Positions 19,488 through 28,835 of a stretch of DNA of 64,000 nt are shown in pieces; positions within the stretch are counted from its first letter, which is position 1; every line of letters starts with the position of its first letter. Below the pieces are notes generated by a model. The model ran no database searches, was not told the DNA's origin, and saw nothing but the letters and a program-made list of their open reading frames with translations. This stretch comes from Cenarchaeum sp. (lineage in GTDB: Archaea; Thermoproteota; Nitrososphaeria; Nitrososphaerales; Nitrosopumilaceae). The stretch covers positions 576,001 through 640,000 of the forward strand of contig CBDESU010000002.1 in the NCBI GenBank assembly GCA_965242695.1. Reading direction: 5' to 3'. Both the position numbers and the translations under genes were made by a program.

Positions 19488-19766
19488 ATGCTACAGCACG
19501 TTGCGGCGGGAGCGACCGCCGTCGTGATCGGGGCCGTCGTGTGGACGGCGTACTCGGTGATCGACGGGGTGTACGACAACTATACGTGCGAGGCCTTGAA
19601 CGGATACAATCCGTCTGGGACGACCACCGCCGAGAGGTACCCGCCCGACACGTGGGCCGGCCTGTGCGAAAAGAACGAGTCGGGCGCGGTCATGCTGTAC
19701 AGCGTCCTTGCCGGGATCGGCACGGTTGCGCTCAGCGGGGTGCTTGTGGCAATAGTGAGGGCATGA
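19488..19766 (+). CDS. small two-TM membrane protein
   Basis: Two hydrophobic helices around a Cys-containing loop; TATA CTTATATT at ~19459. Confidence 0.65.
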   Translation: MLQHVAAGATAVVIGAVVWTAYSVIDGVYDNYTCEALNGYNPSGTTTAERYPPDTWAGLCEKNESGAVMLYSVLAGIGTVALSGVLVAIVRA

Positions 19767-19862
19767 CGCGCCGGGGCGGCGCCGGCGCGGCTGCGCATCG
19801 CCCGCCTCTTCCCTGCCGGCCCGCGGCGCCCCTTCGGCGCGAGCCGGCCGCCCCGCCGCCCG

Positions 19863-21287
19863 TCACAACATCGGCCCCATCGCGTCGTGCAGCAGGTCAA
19901 AGTCCGAGTTGGAGAGGCCGACAATGTCGGCATGGATCCCAACGGCCAACGCGACGGTGCGGCGCCATTCGGGCACCTCCACCCGCACCGCCTGCGCGGC
20001 GCCGCGCCAGTCGAGGGCGGGATCGCCCTCCAGTCGGTATGCCATGTAGTCGGCAAGCGAGTCGGCCCGCGCGCCCTCCTCCAGGGCCGTTTCGGTGGCG
20101 GCCCGCGCGAGCATCTCGGGGGACAGCGCGCCCCCGTCCCGCGTGCACCTGTCCATGCAGGCCCTGAACATGGCGTCCGCACGGGGGCCGACGAGCACCG
20201 CGTGCGCAAACTCGTCGGCCTCCGGCCCCTCGTCGCCGGGGCCGCGCCCGTCAAAGACTATGCCGTCCCGTCCCGCGCCGGCGCAGTACATGCAGCGGGC
20301 CAGGTCCAGCATGAGCCCAGACTCCGAGGACCCGCGCCGCGCGAGCACGATCGACCCCAATCCCTCGCCTGCAAAGTGCGCCACGGGGAACGCCAGCGGG
20401 GGCAGGCACCCGACGGCAATCCCCGCGCCCCACGCGCATTCGACGAGCAGGGGAAGCGTGATCGCCCCGCTCCCTCCCTCCAGAGCGTCCTCGCGCAGCC
20501 TGCGAGGATCGAGCTGCACTGCGCCGGGGCGGCGGCGCAGCCCGCCGGCCGCCCGGTCCAGGATCCCTGCCACATATCTCGCGTACGCGGCGTGGGCGCG
20601 GACCTCGGCGGGATCGGCGCCGGCCGGAATCCCGGCCGCGGCCCGAACCGGCGCCGCGCGGAGGGGGGCGTTCCCGAGGACCAGATCGGGCGCCCACCCG
20701 TATATTTGGCGCAGGCGCGAGAGGAGCCTCAGCTCGTACGATGCGTCCCCAGCCGCCGACTCGCCCCTGCCGCAGAACCGCTCCGCGATGCATTCGTCGA
20801 CAAACCGGCCCCCCAGGCCCGCGGCCTTGATCCTGGACAGAGCGCGATCCAAAACAGGAGTGTCCCCGCGCGCGACTTCCCGCGCCGCCCCCGGCAGAAG
20901 CGCGCCGCGCACCGCCACTAGCTGCGCATAGCCGGCCGACTCGTAGTCCGTCCGCTCGTACTCTTGCACCCGGCGCTCGGGCATGCCCGCCCTTTCCGCA
21001 AGCTCGCGCTGCGTCATGCCTAGGGCGATCCTCGCCTTGATCAGCTGCTCGGGCAGGTGCACTGGGTCGTCGGCATCCACTGCGGGCATCCGGCCCGACC
21101 TGAGGGCCTTGTACTCGGCAATCTCGCGCCTCATCTTGTCTGCCTTGCTCCGCAGCCCGGCGCGCTCTGCCATCAGTATCCTGTCCCCCCCGCCGCCGGC
21201 CAGCTCTATGTCCATGCCGGCCACGGCCGCCTCGAACTTTTCCACCCACGACGCTGTCACGGCCAGCTGATGCTCGTTCTTGATCAT
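19863..21287 (-). CDS. XRE family HTH protein with degenerate ImmA-like C-terminal region
   Basis: MIKNEHQL..LIKARIALGMTQRELAER..YERTDYESA; C-terminal EADEFA but no HExxH. Confidence 0.8.
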   Translation of the reverse strand: MIKNEHQLAVTASWVEKFEAAVAGMDIELAGGGGDRILMAERAGLRSKADKMRREIAEYKALRSGRMPAVDADDPVHLPEQLIKARIALGMTQRELAERAGMPERRVQEYERTDYESAGYAQLVAVRGALLPGAAREVARGDTPVLDRALSRIKAAGLGGRFVDECIAERFCGRGESAAGDASYELRLLSRLRQIYGWAPDLVLGNAPLRAAPVRAAAGIPAGADPAEVRAHAAYARYVAGILDRAAGGLRRRPGAVQLDPRRLREDALEGGSGAITLPLLVECAWGAGIAVGCLPPLAFPVAHFAGEGLGSIVLARRGSSESGLMLDLARCMYCAGAGRDGIVFDGRGPGDEGPEADEFAHAVLVGPRADAMFRACMDRCTRDGGALSPEMLARAATETALEEGARADSLADYMAYRLEGDPALDWRGAAQAVRVEVPEWRRTVALAVGIHADIVGLSNSDFDLLHDAMGPML

Positions 21288-21630
21288 CGGAACCACCCTA
21301 GTTCGCCGCTGCGATGCCTCCTGCCCGGCGCGGGAAGAGGGACAAGGCTGGCAGGGCGATCGCCGGGCGCCGGGCGCCGCTTGGAGGCCGGGCGCCCAGG
21401 CAGGCGCGCGCCCGGCGGCAGGCGCCCCCCTCCGTCAAATCTTGGCAGCATACCTTCCGCCAGAGCCCCGCGTTGCTGATATGCCTTGCCCCAGTGGGAT
21501 GCGCGGCCGCGCGCTGCGCAGCGCCAGGGGCCGTCGGCGAGGCCCCGTCGTCGAGAGGCGGCCCGCCCATGGCCGTGCTGCGGCGCAGGCCGCGCCGGCG
21601 CCTTTTTCCTCTTATAAGATGGGGCAGAAC

Positions 21631-21682
21631 CGCGGATTTTTTGCTTATATACGATGGAGAATCTGCGGGCGCAAAATCCGCG
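21631..21682. promoter_or_regulatory. inverted repeat flanking a TATA box (putative operator)
   Basis: CGCGGATTTT (21631-21640) and AAAATCCGCG (21673-21682) flank CTTATATAC in a divergent intergenic region. Confidence 0.55.
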
Positions 21683-21728
21683 CCTGCAACCCCCAAATAT
21701 GCGCCTAGTGCGCCGGCCGTGACGACAG

Positions 21729-22235
21729 ATGGTTCAACCGGTGGTTCATCCGACAGGGGGCCTTGACCTAGAGATGATCAGGGCCATTCCGCCCGGCGAT
21801 CGCGCGCAGTACTACGAGGCGGGCATACTCGCGCTGCTGTCGGCCAACGGCGAGCGCGGGCTCACCACGTCCGAGATTTGGCGGGCCACGGGCTTTCCAA
21901 AGAACGCGATGCTAAAGGCGCTCGACGTCCTCTTCCACCAGAGGAAGCTGCACAGGGTCAGCCATGGGCAGTTCCGGCTGTACTATGCCCAGCGCGAGGC
22001 GCCTGCTCCCTTTCGAGACATACGCTGGGGCGGGTCGACGGAGCGGAGGTACAACGCAAGGCGGGTCTCGAACGAAGGGGGCGACTATATCCGCATCGAG
22101 GAGAGGGAGACGGACGAGAACGGATTCGGGCGCGACGTGGGCGGCGTCCTCGTGCCGCTCTGCAAGGTCGGCGAGGTCGTCGACGCGGTGAGGGCCGCAT
22201 CCTCGCAGGAATACCCGGGGGATGCGGGCAGGTAG
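21729..22235 (+). CDS. winged-HTH protein with PC4/Whirly-like C-terminal domain
   Basis: ILALLSANGERGLTTSEIWRATGF HTH; YIRIEERE..VGGVLVP. Confidence 0.6.
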   Translation: MVQPVVHPTGGLDLEMIRAIPPGDRAQYYEAGILALLSANGERGLTTSEIWRATGFPKNAMLKALDVLFHQRKLHRVSHGQFRLYYAQREAPAPFRDIRWGGSTERRYNARRVSNEGGDYIRIEERETDENGFGRDVGGVLVPLCKVGEVVDAVRAASSQEYPGDAGR

Positions 22236-23237
22236 CGGCGGTAGCCGCCGGGCGCATCCGGGACGGGCCAGGGGCGGAAGGCCGGACAGTCGCCCCAGCC
22301 GCAGGACGCCGGCGAAGAGGTGGCGCATGCCGGGTTCGCGGCGGCGCTGGCGGGCGGCGCCCCAATCCAATATATCCCGGAACGCGCCGCCCCCCGCCAT
22401 GGCAATGCCGCCCGAGGTCGACCTCCGCCTTCCCGTCCTAGACCTGCTCGGCGACGGCGCGACCCGCACGATAGTGTGGGTCACCGACCGCATGGCAGAC
22501 CGCTTCGGCCTCGACGACGGGGAGCGCGGCGAGGTGCACGCCGTGTCCGGCCGCCCCAAGTTCGGCATGCGGGTGCGGCAGGCCGTCTCGCACCTGCGCA
22601 TCGCCGACTACCTTGCCAACTCGGAGACGGGGTCGTTTGCCATCACGCAGTCCGGCCGCACCGCCCTGGCTGCAAGGCCCGGGCGCATGACCAACGAGTT
22701 CCTCATGTCCCACTCCACGGCGTACCGCCAGCACAGGGACGCGCAGGCTGCCAGGAAGAGAAAGCTCGGCGGTGGGCCCGGAATGCCGGCCGAGACGGAG
22801 GGCATGGTCGCCATCCTCGACGTGCTCGGCGTCAAGGGGCAGGGAGGCCCCGAGGACCACGCGCGGCTGCACGAGGGGTGGCGCGACCTGCTCTCCGCAT
22901 CGCGGTACCTGCTCGAGGACAGCAAGGAGCTGCGCGGGCGCTACACCCTGTCGGCGTTCTCGGATACGATGTTCGTCACGGCCTCGGCGTCGGGGGCCGA
23001 CGGAACGGCCGCCGGGGCCGAGGACCTGCTGCTTGCGTTCAGCGACATTGCGTGGCGCCTCGTGGTCAGGAGCATCGAGAGCGACGTGCCCGTGCGCGGC
23101 TGCGTCTCGTACGGCAGGTACTACGAGGGCGCGCAAAACCTGTTCACGGGGCGCGCCGTGGACGAGGCTGCCCGCTACCACGCCCTGCCGCAGTGGATCG
23201 GCGTGTCGGCCGCGCCTAGCGCCAACCGCGCCCTGAG

Positions 23238-24772
23238 CAGTCAACCCAACTCTGGGCCTTACGGGGGCGGTTTAGGCTCGCGAATTTCCAGCATTCTGAC
23301 GCTCATGGAGAGCACGGCCGCTAGCGATATCCGCGGAACGTAGTCCGACGGGTGCCGCCAGAACACGGCATTGATCATGACCCACACGTTGCTGGCGAAC
23401 AGGGAGTAGATGAAGCAGAGAAACCGAGCGTTCGGCAGGGTGCTCGACGTCTTGTTCCGCCTGATCGACACCATCTTGAACCGCGTCTCGATCCCCCACC
23501 TCTTCTTGTAGTGGCGGGGCTTTTCCGATCGGTGGCTGACGGCGAACCCGATGAACCTCTCGTGCGGCTCGAGCTTCCTGCCCTTCCTCGAGCCGGCTGC
23601 GCCGTCCTCATCCCCGTCGTCCTCCTCGCCCTTCTTGCGCGGCTCGATGCGCATCCAGTACTTGGTCTCCCTGCCGTCCTCGCCCGTGATGGTCATGCGC
23701 ACGACGCCCGTCTTTTTCCCGGTCTCGGCAAACTTGGCGAGCGCCTTCTTGACCGCCGGGGTGTTGCGGCAGGGGGTGATCCAGCGGAACCTAGTCCGTA
23801 TCAACTCCTCTACGCCGGCCTGGTTGAAGAACTCCCTGTCGAGGAGCAGCCTGGCGCGGCTTATCCCCAGCGCCTTGATCTTGTCGGCCAGTATGGGGAT
23901 GAACCGCGCAAGGTTGGACAGGTCGTCGACGAGCAGGCATGCCACCGCGATCTGCACCCCCTTGTCGACGCACTGCAGCACGATGTACGCCTCAAACTGG
24001 GTCGTTCCGCGACTAGATTTCGACTTGACAAGCCTCCTCTCCTTTCTAAGGCGCCTGCGCGCCTCCCTGTTGATCTTGACCTGCGCCTCGGACACGCCAC
24101 GCGTGACCAGGCGCCCGCCGTCCCAGCGCTCCTCAACGTGTATGTCGACGGCAAAGGTGGGGGTGTCCGACAGCCGGCCGTTGCGCCGCAGCTCCTCGAT
24201 CGCTTCGCGCGCCTCGTCCTCGAGCACGCGCGCGCTGCGCTCGTCGTTGGCCGAGTTGATCTTGAGGCGCTGCCACTCGCAGCCGCTGGACCTGCCCCCC
24301 TCCTCCTTTGCCTTTATCTTGGACAGCTCGGCGCAGGTGGTACTCGATGCGTTGAAGAGGGACCCGTTGAGCATGTTCTTGTGGAACTCGGCGGCGCCGT
24401 ACTTTGCCCGCGAGTCGCCGGAAAAGTCCACGAACTGCTCCCCCTGGGTCATTTTGTCGGTCATCTTCTTGATGGCGAAGCCGGCCTTCCTGATCTGTCC
24501 AAACTTTTGCGATATCTTCTTGGTCGACTTTTTCGTCATGAACTTCTGCTGAGACTTTGTAAGATCCTTCTTTTTCCCGCTGCCGCCCTTGCTTGGCCCT
24601 TTTTTCTGCCCCATTCCGGGGGGCCGCCCGCGTGAGTAGTTATACGTCTTTCGTTTTCAGGTTATATTTTTATGAAGTATCGTTGATCAAGACGGTTTGG
24701 CGCGGGCACATATCTGACCAAAAAAGATCGATGGTCCTAGCCCACCGTCAACGCCCAGAGTTGGGTTGACTG
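23238..24772 (-). mobile_element. IS element, ISH3/IS4-like, 1535 bp
   Basis: Perfect 20-bp TIRs CAGTCAACCCAACTCTGGGC (23238-23257 and 24753-24772); 5-bp TSD CTGAG (23233-23237, 24773-24777). Confidence 0.95.
23259..24614 (-). CDS. DDE transposase (ISH3/IS4 superfamily)
   Basis: FAVD, LLLDREFF, YKKRWGIETRFK (YREK) motifs. Confidence 0.93.
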   Translation of the reverse strand: MGQKKGPSKGGSGKKKDLTKSQQKFMTKKSTKKISQKFGQIRKAGFAIKKMTDKMTQGEQFVDFSGDSRAKYGAAEFHKNMLNGSLFNASSTTCAELSKIKAKEEGGRSSGCEWQRLKINSANDERSARVLEDEAREAIEELRRNGRLSDTPTFAVDIHVEERWDGGRLVTRGVSEAQVKINREARRRLRKERRLVKSKSSRGTTQFEAYIVLQCVDKGVQIAVACLLVDDLSNLARFIPILADKIKALGISRARLLLDREFFNQAGVEELIRTRFRWITPCRNTPAVKKALAKFAETGKKTGVVRMTITGEDGRETKYWMRIEPRKKGEEDDGDEDGAAGSRKGRKLEPHERFIGFAVSHRSEKPRHYKKRWGIETRFKMVSIRRNKTSSTLPNARFLCFIYSLFASNVWVMINAVFWRHPSDYVPRISLAAVLSMSVRMLEIREPKPPP

Positions 24773-25100
24773 CTGAGCAGGTCAATCCGGCGCAGGTCCG
24801 ACCCGCGAAACCGCTTCTACACCAGGTACGACATTCCGCTGGGGAATTCGGTCGAGCGGGACGCGTGGGTCGTCAACTGGCCGCGGCAGTACGACGACGA
24901 GGAGCCGGGCGAGGCCATGGAGAGCGTCCTGGCCCGGATCGACGGCAAGCTCGACGGAATCACCGACGTCGATGCGGCCCTCAAGTGGCGCAACACGCGC
25001 AAGTTCTGCACCGACATGCTCGCCGAGTAGGGGGCGGGGGGCGGTGCTGAATCGGGCCCGCGCGGTGAGGGCGACGGGGCAGGGCCCGTCGGTGGGCACC

Positions 25101-25520
25101 ATGTGCATCTACGAGCCGAGGCCCGGCAGGGGCGGCGGCAAACGGGTACTGGTGACGCGGTACTACCCGAGGGGAGTCCGCCGGTCGCACTTTGACGAAT
25201 GGGTCAGGGAGCTGGCGCCGAGCGCGGGGCTGCTCGGGAAGTACAAGGCCGGCGCAATGGAGTGGGGGGACTTTGCCGCGGCGTTCCTGGCCGAGCTGCG
25301 CGGCAGCGGCGAGGCGCGGTCTGCCCTGCGGGGCCTGCGGCGCGCGGCGAGGCGCGGTGGAATCACGCTCCTGTGCTTCGAGCCGGACGGCGCCCCCTGC
25401 CACCGCCACATACTGCGCCGGCTGATCGAGGACCCGCGTCGGGCCTGGGCCCGCGCCCTCGAGCCCGGCTGCGCCGACTGGCGCGGGGCCGTCCCGAGGC
25501 GGGCGCCCGCCTCCCGCTAG
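25101..25520 (+). CDS. DUF488 family protein (YeaO-like)
   Basis: RVLVTRYYPRGV..DEWVRELAPS..ITLLCFE..CHRHIL. Confidence 0.88.
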   Translation: MCIYEPRPGRGGGKRVLVTRYYPRGVRRSHFDEWVRELAPSAGLLGKYKAGAMEWGDFAAAFLAELRGSGEARSALRGLRRAARRGGITLLCFEPDGAPCHRHILRRLIEDPRRAWARALEPGCADWRGAVPRRAPASR

Positions 25521-25641
25521 GGGGCGCTCGGGGCCAAATCGGCGGCGTGGCGATCTGGGGCGGGAGTGCATGCGGCCGGGGCCGCGATCGCGCCACATGG
25601 CAGGGCTTATACGCAGCCGGCTGCGCGCCAGTCGCGTGGCA

Positions 25642-26085
25642 ATGGCGGACAGGGCGCAGGAAGGAGGCGGCGGCATGCGCTGCGCCGCAGGCCCAAAGGC
25701 GGAGCTGCCCGAGATGCCGCCAAAGCTGCGCGAGCACATAGCCGTCCTAGAAGGCAGGGGCTACAGGGTCGAGGCGGTCGACAACGGCGAGATTGGCATC
25801 GTCATAAAGGACTACAAGATTCCCGGCCACATCTGGAGCAGGGAGTCGGCGGATCTCAGGCTCGCGACGGACTCGACGTACCCCGAGTCCAAGATCGGGG
25901 CGTTCTGGCTGTGCCCTCCCGTGTCGCGCAGGAACGGGGACGCCATAAGGGGGGCCGGCAGCACAAGGTGGGAGGGCAGGACATGGCAGACGTTCTGCTG
26001 GTATGTGGTGCACTGGGATCCCAGGTACGACAACCTGCTGACGCACCTGGACGTGGTCGACGACAGGATGCGGAGGGACGAGTAG
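25642..26085 (+). CDS. prokaryotic E2/UBC family E protein
   Basis: IVIKDYKIP..TYPES.I..FWL.P.V..GRTWQTFCW..WDPRYDNLLTHLD; TATA CTTATAC at ~25606; start may be 25714. Confidence 0.75.
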   Translation: MADRAQEGGGGMRCAAGPKAELPEMPPKLREHIAVLEGRGYRVEAVDNGEIGIVIKDYKIPGHIWSRESADLRLATDSTYPESKIGAFWLCPPVSRRNGDAIRGAGSTRWEGRTWQTFCWYVVHWDPRYDNLLTHLDVVDDRMRRDE

Positions 26086-26253
26086 GGGGCGGCGACGGCA
26101 GCCGAGGCCGCATCGCCGGCCGGTGCGCTGTGCGCAGGACTCTGCCGACCGCCGCACGCCTGCGCGCGACGCGGCATCCTAGCGGGAACCATGCGGCGCG
26201 TGCGGGTGCAGGCAGGGGGCGGAGGGGCCGGCCTCTACCCGGCCAAACTAGGC

Positions 26254-26463
26254 CTAGCCGCCCCCGTGCGCCACGATTCCGCGGCACGGCCCGTCAAGCA
26301 CTCCGAGCACCACAAGGACGGACATCGACACCACTAGGATGGTGAGCGGGGTGTCGCCTATGTAGAATCCCCCGGCCCCAAACCCCTGCAGAAGCAGTAT
26401 GGTGCACATGATGCAAAGGGCCGCCACGGCCAGAACCGTCCCATAGTTGGCGGACCAGTTCAT
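26254..26463 (-). CDS. small membrane protein
   Basis: Two TM segments. Confidence 0.45.
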   Translation of the reverse strand: MNWSANYGTVLAVAALCIMCTILLLQGFGAGGFYIGDTPLTILVVSMSVLVVLGVLDGPCRGIVAHGGG

Positions 26464-26674
26464 GCCCCGTAACAACCCCGCGGCCGCCGCCCTTCCCGAT
26501 CCTTCGCGGCCGGTGCGGAAGAAGGCGCTGCAGACATGCTGGCTGGCCGCGCAGGCGGCGGCAAATAAGCGCATCGCTCCGGCGGCGGGCCCCGCAAGAG
26601 GGGCGGCAGGTGCGCGTCCCCGCCCGCGCCCCTTCATGGGGCGCCCCCGGTCGGCCTCTAGGTAGCGCGGGCTG

Positions 26675-27853
26675 TCACGCGGCCATCCCCATCCTCTTGC
26701 AGAGTTCGTCAAGGTGCCCGATCTTGATGCCAAGATAGTCTAGCAGATCGCGCGTGGTGATGGCCTTCTTTTCATGCGACGAGACGGCAAGGCCGACGAA
26801 CTTCCGCCCAAGCCGCGACACAAGGGCGTCGAGGTGCCGTGGTCCGCCCCTTTCCACGGCCGCGGCCCGGCCGAGGCTGCACCTGCCGGCCACCCCGTCG
26901 AGGACGCCGCCGTACGCGGCCCCGTACCGGCCGCCCACCAGATCGGCGGCCCTGGACGCCGCGGCGTACCTGCCCGCCTTGAACCTTTTAGCAAGGCCCC
27001 CTACGACCTCTGACGGATCGCCCAAGAGTCCCTCGAGCCTGCCGCGCTCGGCGGCGAACGCGGCCTCGGGCATCAGGAACGAGGCGGCAAAGCGGTCGCA
27101 CCACGCCTCGACCCGCCCCTTGTCCGAGTCTGCGCGTACAGTGCCGTGCTCGTCGCAGACGCCGCCACGGCCGAGCATGATGTGGCCGTACTCGTGCAGC
27201 AGCGTAGAGGCCCGGGCAGTGGAATTCTCCCGGGAATTGACCAGTATGGCACACGGGCCGGGGCCGGCCATGGACAGCCCGCGCACGCCGTCCGTGCGCA
27301 GGGGGAGCTGGAAGACGAATATGTTTCGCTCCTCTATGGCGCCGCGAAGCGCCCGGTAGATGCCGCTTGGCGATCCCGCGACGGGCCCGTCGGGGTGCCC
27401 CGCCGCGCCAAGCCGGGCCCGCTCCGCGCGCGCCGCCCCGTCGGCGGGGGTAGCCACAGCGACTCCCGCCGGGATGTCCGGCCCGCGGGCAATGCCGCAG
27501 ACGTCCATCATCTCTTTTGCGGCCGACAGCATGTATCGCACGCGCCTGACAGCTGGCAGGTCGCGCGGGTCAAGCACCTCGGGCGCGCCGCGCATCATCC
27601 TGTAGTCGGGAAGGTGCTCGCGCTCTAGGGGAACAGTGCGGAGGAACAGGGTCTCCGACCGCCGTACGCACCGGGCCAGGGCCCTTACCTTTGCGTACTC
27701 GATCACGCCCGTGCGGACCCAGCCGTCGACCCGCGGCTTGTCGACCCTCAGCCTTTGCGCTATGGCGGCGTGGTCCATGCCGCTGCTCTCGACGATCGAC
27801 CGCACTACGGCCGGCTCGAGGCGCAGCACTATATGCGGCGTGCGGTAGCCCAT
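26675..27853 (-). CDS. XRE-HTH + ImmA/IrrE metallopeptidase, copy 2 (no PIN partner)
   Basis: TLLHEYGH, EAWCDRFAASFLMP; close paralog of 3310-4524. Confidence 0.9.
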   Translation of the reverse strand: MGYRTPHIVLRLEPAVVRSIVESSGMDHAAIAQRLRVDKPRVDGWVRTGVIEYAKVRALARCVRRSETLFLRTVPLEREHLPDYRMMRGAPEVLDPRDLPAVRRVRYMLSAAKEMMDVCGIARGPDIPAGVAVATPADGAARAERARLGAAGHPDGPVAGSPSGIYRALRGAIEERNIFVFQLPLRTDGVRGLSMAGPGPCAILVNSRENSTARASTLLHEYGHIMLGRGGVCDEHGTVRADSDKGRVEAWCDRFAASFLMPEAAFAAERGRLEGLLGDPSEVVGGLAKRFKAGRYAAASRAADLVGGRYGAAYGGVLDGVAGRCSLGRAAAVERGGPRHLDALVSRLGRKFVGLAVSSHEKKAITTRDLLDYLGIKIGHLDELCKRMGMAA

Positions 27854-27911
27854 TGTACGCATGCCGCTGCGCCCCCCTATATCCGAAGCGGATCGCGGGC
27901 CCCGGCGGCCG

Positions 27912-28760
27912 TCACATCCTCGAGCCCATCCACGAGGCGACCTTGTCGAACACGGCGCCCCTGAAGCGCAGCGTGTCCGGATGCCCGCAGCCCTCGTCGT
28001 CGGGGTGGACGAACCCGTGGTCGGCCCCCCTGATCGTCACAAATTCCGAGTCGCGCGCCTCTTCGGTGCACCTGCGGGAGACGTCGTACGGCACCATCGA
28101 GTCGGCATCGCCGTGCACCGTAAGCAGCGGGACGCCAAGATCCCTCGCGCTGTCCTGCGGCCGGATGCAGAGGAGCTCGTTGAGCATGGCGGGGCCGATC
28201 CGAAACTCGCCGTGCTCCAGCCAGCCGCGCCCGGCGAGCCTGTCTAGGCCGTCGTCCGTCAGCCGCTCCCCGCCCCAGTAGGGCTTTTCAAAGAGCATCC
28301 TCCTAGCATAGTCGAACAGGGGGTTGAGCAGGACAAGGCCCGCCGGAGGGGCGCCGCGCGCCGGGTTCCCCGCCTCCGCCGCGGCGGCCCAGCATGCGGC
28401 CAGCCCGCCGCCAAAGCTCGCCGCCACGACAAATGTGGGCGCGCCGGCGGGAAGGCGGGATGCCAGCAGGCCGTGCGCGCAGCCGATGTCGTTGATCACG
28501 CCAGACAGCGTCACGCGCTCGTAGTCGCCCCCGCTCTTTCCGTGCCCCCGCAGGTCGAACCGGAGCGACGCGGCGCCGATTCGGCCGAGCCTTTCGGCAA
28601 GATCGGCGTAGAACCCGTCCTCGTCCCTGTCGACCGTAATGCCGTGGACGAGCAGCGCGCCGGCGCGCGGGCGCGGCGGGGGCGCTGCGCGCAGCGTGCC
28701 GCGCAGGGCCGTGCCGTCCGTGCTGCGAAACTCGACGTCCTCTTCGCCCGCCGCCCGCAT
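27912..28760 (-). CDS. alpha/beta hydrolase
   Basis: LLVHG, FDLRGHGKS, AASFGG nucleophile elbow, HGDAD..V, GADH. Confidence 0.9.
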   Translation of the reverse strand: MRAAGEEDVEFRSTDGTALRGTLRAAPPPRPRAGALLVHGITVDRDEDGFYADLAERLGRIGAASLRFDLRGHGKSGGDYERVTLSGVINDIGCAHGLLASRLPAGAPTFVVAASFGGGLAACWAAAAEAGNPARGAPPAGLVLLNPLFDYARRMLFEKPYWGGERLTDDGLDRLAGRGWLEHGEFRIGPAMLNELLCIRPQDSARDLGVPLLTVHGDADSMVPYDVSRRCTEEARDSEFVTIRGADHGFVHPDDEGCGHPDTLRFRGAVFDKVASWMGSRM

Positions 28761-28835
28761 CGCGCCGCGGTGCCCCGCAGGCCCATAATAACGCCCCCCG
28801 CGGCAGCTTATAGCACAACAGCGCCCCTCCCCGCC

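Larger units (their letters stand above)
22399..25030 (+). pseudogene. Mrr N-terminal HTH + class III nucleotide-cyclase-like fusion, interrupted by an IS
   Basis: LPVLDLLGDG..LDDGER..SGRPKF..RVRQAVSHL..IT..G (Mrr_N); ILDVLG, FSDT, VRGCVSYG, GRAVDEAA (cyclase); reading frame resumes after the IS, from the TSD at 24773 to TAG at 25030. Confidence 0.8.
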
